Source: the human T2T-CHM13v2.0 reference genome, Homo sapiens | Direction of reading: 5' to 3' | Assembly (NCBI GenBank): GCA_009914755.4 | Contig: CP086569.2 | Coordinates: 18,272,001 to 18,336,000 of the forward strand | DNA: 64,000 nt | In this document: positions 55,700-64,000 of the stretch, one piece after another | Layout: every line of letters starts with the position of its first letter | Numbering within the stretch: position 1 is the first letter of the stretch | Notes under the pieces: generated by a model | The model's database searches: none | What the model was told of the DNA's origin: nothing | Seen by the model: the letters and a program-made list of their open reading frames with translations, nothing else | Made by a program: the position numbers and the translations under genes

Positions 55700-57000
55700 T
55701 GCACTGATAACAAGCCCTACTATGCAACTGGCCTGTTCCTCTCTTGGTTCCCTCTGAGTCACCAAGGTCTGTTGTCTGAGGGCCATGACTAAGCCTGCAG
55801 CCTTTCTCTTATCTCACTTTTCCCTTTCTGCCTGTTCCTCTTGGTCCCTGTTATAGAACACTGAGGTTGCCAGGTGTAGTAATGTCTCCAAATTTTGTTC
55901 TGGGCCTAAAGCAGACTTTTGGAGTTTTCACCTAATGTCAGCCACTGATTGGTGATAAATTTATCCTTTAAAATAAGTTGGCCTCCTAAGGAATTTGGAG
56001 TTAGGGAGATGTGCTTTCTGAGGGACTACCTTGGCCTTTCTAGAAAAGCAGAGGTTTTTTGTTTTTCTTTTCCCTATGTAATTGTGGATAGCATTGACTA
56101 GTTCATAGGCTTTTTCCCAGTCTTCCTCAACCCTTCTAAAATGCAAGTTAGCAAATGCTTGTGGCTCCAATCTCCATGATCAGTCAGTATCCCAGAGAGG
56201 TTCTACAGTGGGAACTGCCTGTTGCCCTGTGGAGAATTTTTCCCTCTTCTCCAGGGTCATTCAATCATTTACCTGGCTAAGGTACCACAGATCCCCAAAT
56301 TGCTGGGCTGCTGCTAAAGCTGATTTCTTTTCAGTAGGACTTAAGGTCTGATCAAGAAGCAACATGATATCTTTCTATGTTAGATCAAAGGACTGCCAGA
56401 ATCCTTGCAGGACATCTATACCGTTATCAGGATCATCCGAGAATTTCCCTAAATCTGGCTTTACTTGTTTTAAATCTGAGAGTGAGAAGGGGGCATGCAT
56501 GTGAATGGGCCCAAATTCTCCTCCTACTGTTTTTAAGGGACATAGGTTGGATGTCTGGCTTACGGAGTTTACGTTCTCTTTCTGGTGTGCCTTTAACACT
56601 TCAATGGGGATGGATGGAAGAGAGTCAATAGGGGAGGAGAATGGGTCTGAGGGAAGAGGCCCTGAGTATGGAGGTAGTAACTGTGGGCCTCTGTCATTTT
56701 GGCAAAGCTTGCAGGCTTGGCACAGGGCAGTATTGTCATGAAGGGCAAAGAAAGCCTGTACATAAGGGACTTTACTCTATTTATCTTCCTGTTTATAGAA
56801 AAGATCTAGCTGTAGAAGAGTGTTATAATTAATACTTCCCTCAGGGGCCACATTTTTCCATTTTTTAAGAAATTCCATGGCCAGGCAGTTGTACAGAAGA
56901 AAATCAGCTGCTTCTTTTTTAAGGTTTCATGGTTGAATTCGTCCCAGTTATTCAGGATATATCTTAAGGCAGAGTCTGGTTTTGAAGTTGTGGTGCCCAT
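55700..57000 (-). pseudogene. gag remnant (MA start and CA region), frameshifted
   Basis: Track ORF 56806-57000 (-) reads MGTTTSKPDSALRYILNNWDEFNHETLKKKQLIFFCTTAWPWNFLKNGKMWPLREV; HERV-W Gag N-terminus, recalled, is MGNIPPKAKTPLRCILENWDQCDTQTLRKKRFIFFCSTAWPQYPLQGRETWLPEG. ORF 56375-56599 (-) reads ...CPLKTVGGEFGPIHMHAPFSLSDLKQVKPDLGKFSDDPDNGIDVLQGFWQSFDLT; HERV-W CA-region, recalled, is CPLQAVRGGEFGPARVPVPFSLSDLKQIKIDLGKFSDNPDGYIDVLQGLGQSFDLTW. ORF 55961-56170 (-) is further CA-like sequence. Confidence 0.8.
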
Positions 57001-58350
57001 CTGGAATTTTAAACACAGAGATGCCCATACCCCTTGTTAGTCCTCGGACTCATCTTCTCTTAGGGTGTCCCCCAAGGGTCGGGTCCAGTTGTGCTCAAAG
57101 CTCATAGTGGCTTTTCCTGAGCCCTCCATCTACCAGATTTAACCATGCTTACCAGCAAGATAGAAACTTCATTTGCCCCTGCCGTGCACCCATTGACCAC
57201 TAAATGGGGCACAGGGACTGTTGAATTTATTGTGGTCTTTCTTCCAACACATGCTCCCTGTTCCAGGGTTGTAAGGCCTGGGTCAGGGGCACCACTGATG
57301 ACTGCATACTGAGGCCCAATTTACATGGGCCTGGCCATAAAACTGTCCTTCAAGGAGGAATCTCTGAATTAGCAACAAGAGGCTTAGTAAACTTTAAGAG
57401 GGTGATGCATGTCCTCTAGGCCAGGGCTGAGAAAACAGCTGCTGTACTCTAGCCTTCTGTCCCCACTTGCCATCAAAGGAGTAAGCCCCTCTCTTAAGGT
57501 GGTACAAGTATCTTGTGTCCTAACTGACTTTATTTTCTTTCTTCCAATACCAACTATTGAATGGTTCAAATAGCAATTCAATGGCTCTAAGAGCTGTGCC
57601 CATGCACCACAGATTGTACTCCAGAGGCCCCAAGGAAGGGGAAAGTCTATCTGGGGAGCAATGGAGGAAATGCCCTAAGGCTTTTATTATCCACATGAAA
57701 ATTATAGACCTGTTTTTAAATTGTCCTGATGTGGGGGACCATACACTATGGTGGGGAACTGGCCCTTCAAAATAGCCATTGAATGGCAACACCTGTCTTA
57801 ACCCTGGAGGGCACCATGAACAGGGATCTTCTGGACACCATCCCAAGAATTTAAGACTTCTAAATAGGGAATCTTGATCCTGCATAGCAGGAATAACCTT
57901 GCTTGTGAAATGAGGAAAGAAGTCTAGCCAGTGGACATTAGTACCTAGGAAGCTGGGGTCAGAAAACGTGGTGGTTTCATGCTCAGTAACCCTTGCAGGG
58001 GGAGCCTCTGCCAGGAGATCTGGGAGACTAGAACGTCTGCTGATAACTCCCAGGTGTACTTTGAGACCACCACGGAAAGTTAAAGAGTATGTACTGGGTC
58101 CAGACTAACTAACGTTCCCAGCCTCGGAGGGTTGGGGGTTGTCAGAGAACCCTTTTCCAGACAGCCTGACACCTGTGTCTTTAGTCCAGCGGCTGTGCTA
58201 ATAGCTTTTAGTGGCTGACAGGTGCCTGGTTGAGCCTCCAAATTCTAAGGAAGGACAGGACAGCATAGCAAGCGAAAGAGGTCTAACCATACTCACTACG
58301 TGATGATCTGGATGCCTTTCCTGGAGATCCTCCTGGCTGGCTTGCCAAAA
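57001..58350 (-). other. Long 5' leader between the 5' LTR and the gag start (primer-binding-site region unassigned)
   Basis: On the minus strand, the sequence right after the 5' LTR is ttttggcaagccagccaggaggatctcc, a TGG-initiated stretch I cannot match to a tRNA. The leader is ~1.35 kb before the MG... gag start. Confidence 0.5.
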
Positions 58351-58823
58351 TGTAATGCCAAAGGTTCTTGCCTTAGCCATGCCAAAGATTTAGTGTGGTG
58401 GCAGCCCACAGTGACAGAGGGACACGGATCAGACTGAGAGAAAAAAGCTGTAGGCTTTATTGATCAGAGTGACAGTACAAAGCTTCCACAGCATGGAAGG
58501 GGTCCCAAGTGGGTAGCCAGTGTTAGATTTTTTTCATCACTTTTTAAACTCTTTAAGGTGGGAAATACATGCAGCGGGAAGATGTTACCAGAGCAGGAAA
58601 CAAAAACAACACGTCTGAGGTCTTGAGGAAAATCAGAAGCATAACTTAAGTTGTATCTGCTTTATGACCTTGCAGAGGCATGGCGAAGAAGACAGGAACT
58701 CACAGGATTTTGCAAATTGTGTTTACAAAGAATTGGAATTGGGAGCACAGTGAAGGTCCACTGGTCACAGAAAAACAGGCTTTTAACATTCCGGGGACAC
58801 AGTGAAGCTTACAGCAAAAGTTT
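58351..58823 (-). mobile_element. 5' LTR of the provirus
   Basis: tgtaatgccaaaggttcttgccttagccatgccaaagatttagtgtggtggcagcccacagtgacagagggacacggatcagactgagagaaaaaagctgtaggctttattgatcagagtgacagtacaaagcttccacagcatggaaggggtcccaag ... gacacagtgaagcttaca is collinear with 53433-53909 apart from indels. Confidence 0.8.
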
Positions 58824-60263
58824 CACTGTTTATAGCTTTCTTGGGGAAGAAAACACATGCACAAATTCTGATGTTAGGAATATTTTAAGCATATATCTTC
58901 AATATTATTCATCCAGGACCAAAGTAAGTCCTGATGCAGGAAATCAGTGAGTTTCACAGCTTTCTCAGACCCTACTTGACCCAGGAAGCCCAGCTGTAAC
59001 CTCCTCTCAAAATAACTTTAAAAATTGTTCTATTGGAGTAGAGAAAAGAAAACAAAACTTCTAGGATTCTCATGAAAATCAAATGTGTTAAAAATTGCTA
59101 AACATTTTGTTTTCAGTCAAAAGAACTTATTTATTTACAGCTATTTGTAACTTTTAACAAGTGAGTAAAATATACTCTTGTAAACAAAATTTGAAGCATA
59201 TTTGTTCCTATCTGATTTCTCTGTAATTTGGAAACTGTTAGTAAATATTCACAATTTATAGCAGTTTAGTTATTTGTGTAAGTACAATTAGAATGTTTTC
59301 TTTTGTAACAGGACACGACAGGGAAAAACTAATTATTTTACCAAGGCTTTCAATGAAATGGTATGCTTTCTTTAACTAATTAAAGTTGACTTATAAAGCC
59401 AACAAAAGTCACTGGGGAATCTGGCTTCATACCTTGTCCACAAAGAGTCCCTGTACAGCATTCCTGACCTGTGGTAAGTAAAAATTGTCACTTACTAATA
59501 GGCCCAGGAACCCCAAGTTATCTTGGGACCTCAAGAGGAAAGAAATTTATCTAACTCATAGGTACTTGAGGGTACAAATCCATTGCTAGGCTCAGCTTTT
59601 AAAAGGTCTTATCTGAGATTCTTCATGAAATAGAATTATATCAAAGCTAATTTAAAATGCCTAAGTAAAAAATAATTATCCTTGATGAACTTTATGCAAA
59701 TAATTAGCCAAGTACAATAAAATTGAAGTTTATTTTATAAAGAAAACAGTTCTATCATGATTTGTTTTTAATAAAAAATGGGACTGGAAAAAGAAAAATT
59801 ACACTTTAAAAGAAAAACTATAGTAAGCGTTTGTTAGCTGTTCTTGAAGTTTTTTTCTGAAGTTAAGACTAAATTCTAAATTATATATTGTTTGGAAGTC
59901 ACCAAACTAATGCTTTCAACTCTTTGCTTTTGAAATTGGGAATTGTAGTCCTCATCGTAGGACTCATTATTTATAATATACTAGACTGTTCACTTAAACC
60001 CTGCAGTAAAACTATAGATAAAAGTACTAATGATTCTGCCATGCAAGTCTTGGAAGCCCTGTCAGGCCTGCATGAGTACACTCAGACAGTAGCAAAGTGG
60101 TTCTACTCTTCTCAACTTGGGGTTCACTACTCTTCCCACTAAGTCGCCTGTCAGCAGGAAGAACCAAAGCTATCGATGACTTTTTCCCATCTCCATAGCC
60201 TACACCTAAAAATTAAGGTGTTACAAAACTCAAAGGGAGGGATTGAAGCCACGTTTGCAAGCT

Positions 60264-60584
60264 GTACGTGGTGGCTCACACCTGTAATCCCAGCATTTTG
60301 GAAGGCCGAGGTGGGCAAATCACAAGGTCAGGAGATTGAGACCATCCTGGCAAACATGGTGAAACCCCATCTCTACTAAAATACAAAAAAATTAGCCAGA
60401 AGTGGTGGTGCACACCTGTAGTCTCAGCTACTGGGAAGTCTGAGGCAAGGGAATTGCTTGAACCCAGGAGGCGGAGGTGGCAGTGAGCTGAGATTGTGAC
60501 ACTGTACTTCAGCCTGGTGACAGAACAAGAGACCATCTCAAAAAAAAAAAAAAAAAGAAAGAAAGAAGAAAGAAAAAAGAAAAG
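60264..60584 (+). mobile_element. Alu SINE with A/AG-rich tail, inserted ~10 bp inside the 5' end of LTR-like repeat copy 2
   Basis: gtacgtggtggctcacacctgtaatcccagcattttggaaggccgaggtgggcaaatcacaaggtcaggagattgagaccatcctggcaaacatgg ... cagtgagctgagattgtgacactgtacttcagcctggtgacagaacaagagaccatctcaaaaaaaaaaaaaaaaagaaagaaagaagaaagaaaaaagaaaagg. The flanks are gtttgcaag before and cctttgcaaa after, a TSD-like pair. Confidence 0.9.
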
Positions 60585-60585
60585 G

Positions 60586-61260
60586 CCTTTGCAAAATTAT
60601 GACTGAGATAGTGAAAGAGATCTGACTTAACTGAACTCATCTTGCTTCTAACTTCGAAGTTGTCCTTTTTCATTCCTGGGCATAGGCTAAACTAACTTTG
60701 GGAGAAACTTAGTTTATGGTTTAAACAAACACTCTAACAGCCCCTTCCCAAAGCAGAATTTCTTCTTGCCTGCAGACTAAATTAGCTTTGCAGAACTAAC
60801 ATTAGCCGCAAAATTAGAAATTATGGCTTCAGAGTCATGTAGCTGGAGGCTACAAAACTCTGACCCTCCCTAAACTGCTCCTAAGATCTGTGTTTGAGAT
60901 ATTTTGCAGATCTTACACTTGATGAACAGCTGGCCCCACCCAGATCAATAAACTGGCTCATCTGATCTTGTGGCCCCCACCTAGGAACTAACAAGGCAGG
61001 AAGACAGCTTTGACTCCGTGTGATTTCATCTCTGACCAATCAGAACTCCTGGTTCAATGGCTTCCTCCAACCCCACCAAGTTGTCCTTAAAAACTCTGAT
61101 CCCTGTATACTCAGGGAGATTGATTTGAGTAATAATAAAACTCCAGTCTTTCGCACAGCTGGCTCTGCATGAGGTTCTCTTTCTGTATTGCAATTCTCCC
61201 GTCTTAATGAATCAGCTGTGTCTAGGCAGCAGGAAAGGTTGAACACCTTGATCAGTTACA
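60586..61260 (+). mobile_element. LTR-like repeat, copy 2 (same family and orientation as 46914-47568)
   Basis: cctttgcaaaattatgactgagatagtgaaagagatctgacttaactgaactcatcttgcttctaacttcgaagttgtcc ... tggccccacccagatcaataaactggctcatctgatcttgtggccc ... tctgaccaatcagaactcctggttcaatggcttcc ... gtaataataaaactccagtctttcgcacagc ... ctaggcagcaggaaaggttgaacaccttgatcagttaca. Confidence 0.6.
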
Positions 61261-62206
61261 GGTTCAGCAAATAGATCAGGTGACTTCATGATTATTTTAG
61301 CTGTAAAACTTTGTTCTATTCTATCTGAAAAGTTTTTAGTCACAATAAAGTCAAGGGAGGTTTTCATGATCAATGGACTCTTTCTATACTTTTCAAAAAT
61401 CAAGTTGGTTCAATGACTACAATTTAGTGGGGGAACTCTTTACAATACAGAAATTATTAATGACCTGTTACATATGTACTCATGTTACACTATTGCCAGT
61501 GATATAGATGCTCTGAAATACACTTCTTAACTTAAACTAAGTCCTGCAATGTTTCATCTCTGCTCTGATTTGTGCCATAATTATTTTTGAACAAAGAGAG
61601 ATAAGCAGAACTCTGAGCTGTTAAATCCCTTAGATAGATTCACAGCCCAATGTATCCTTAAAGAAAGGGAAATAGGATCTGATGAAGATGTGTATTGGTC
61701 CTACATCAGCAGGTATAATTCACAGAAGCAATACCGGAAATGCTGTTGCCTGGCTTCTAACCCAGTAAGATTTCCAAAGCTCTCCTTAATACAACAGACC
61801 TGCTTCAACATCTGGCCACTTAATCTGTAGCTCATATATCGACATCATCTCAGCTAAGCCATGCAGTAGAGAAAGGCTCAATTATGCTTCTCAGCTTGGC
61901 TGCACCTTGGAATAACTTGGAAGGTTTGGAAAAAGAAATGCCTCCAAAAAGAGTCCATATATCAGAGACTTACTTAGGTGTTTAGAAATACGCTCGTGAA
62001 AATGCAAAATTTGAAATATTCCAAAGTGGTGCCAATGTGCAGGTAAATTCAAGAACGAATACTCTATGTATTCTTAGAAATGTGGGATCTATGGTCTCCC
62101 ATGATGCATTTTGCATGGGCTTTCACTATTTTTATGCGTTCATTGAGCATGATACTTTATCTAAGCACGGTGCATGTTAATATGCATTGTAAAGGAAGTT
62201 GCATAG

Positions 62207-64000
<1,794 letters not shown>

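Noticed and set aside
57520-57885. 121-aa minus-strand ORF in the provirus leader, upstream of gag (possible accessory or glyco-gag-like ORF)
   Set aside because: I recognise no retroviral motif in it. Long leaders of old class-I HERVs commonly contain chance ORFs. Without conservation in related proviruses it should not be called.
59380-59480. Possible exon / 5' splice donor (ctgtg|gtaagtaaaa) in unique sequence
   Set aside because: A single GTAAGT match in AT-rich DNA is expected by chance. There is no flanking ORF with codon bias, no polypyrimidine or AG acceptor partner, and no conservation evidence is available.

Overview
This window reads as primate nuclear DNA, almost certainly human, and not as a prokaryotic locus. 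It is AT-rich and densely packed with Alu SINEs, L1 LINE fragments, MaLR/ERV LTRs and simple repeats. Nearly every ORF in the six-frame track falls inside Alu, L1 or endogenous-retrovirus sequence, or inside low-complexity repeats. I found no convincing host protein-coding exon, rRNA/tRNA gene, CRISPR array or CpG island. Main content: (1) about 30 Alu copies or fragments, several of them young, CpG-rich and AluY-like. (2) L1 pieces of several ages: a 3' end at the left edge, old L1M/L1PB 3' fragments, a young 'twin-primed' L1 (9.56-12.0 kb) with an inverted 5' segment whose ORF2 reverse-transcriptase ORF is 428 aa uninterrupted, and a second young L1 in minus orientation running off the right edge (62.2-64.0 kb). 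(3) A 5'-truncated ERV fragment with pol (RT, RNase H), a gamma-type env TM and an ~0.8 kb 3' LTR (36.6-40.4 kb, + strand). (4) A heavily deleted HERV-W/HERV-9-like provirus in minus orientation with both LTRs (53.43-58.82 kb). It carries an Alu insertion with a 12-bp target-site duplication and keeps the env immunosuppressive-domain region. (5) Two direct copies, plus a diverged partial copy, of a ~660-bp LTR-like repeat at 46.2-47.6 kb and 60.6-61.3 kb. (6) Tandem repeats: a ~1 kb minisatellite (17.1-18.1 kb), a 1.3 kb GATA/GGAT compound microsatellite block, an AT-rich ~390-bp palindrome with 83-bp arms (27.6-28.0 kb), and several local duplications. Nothing here supports a novel biological 'system'. 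The observations worth follow-up are structural: the twin-primed L1, the nested and deleted proviruses, the palindromic AT-rich repeat, and the VNTR candidates. All coordinates are by-eye estimates and boundaries may be off by a few bp; repeat family names are from memory of consensus sequences.
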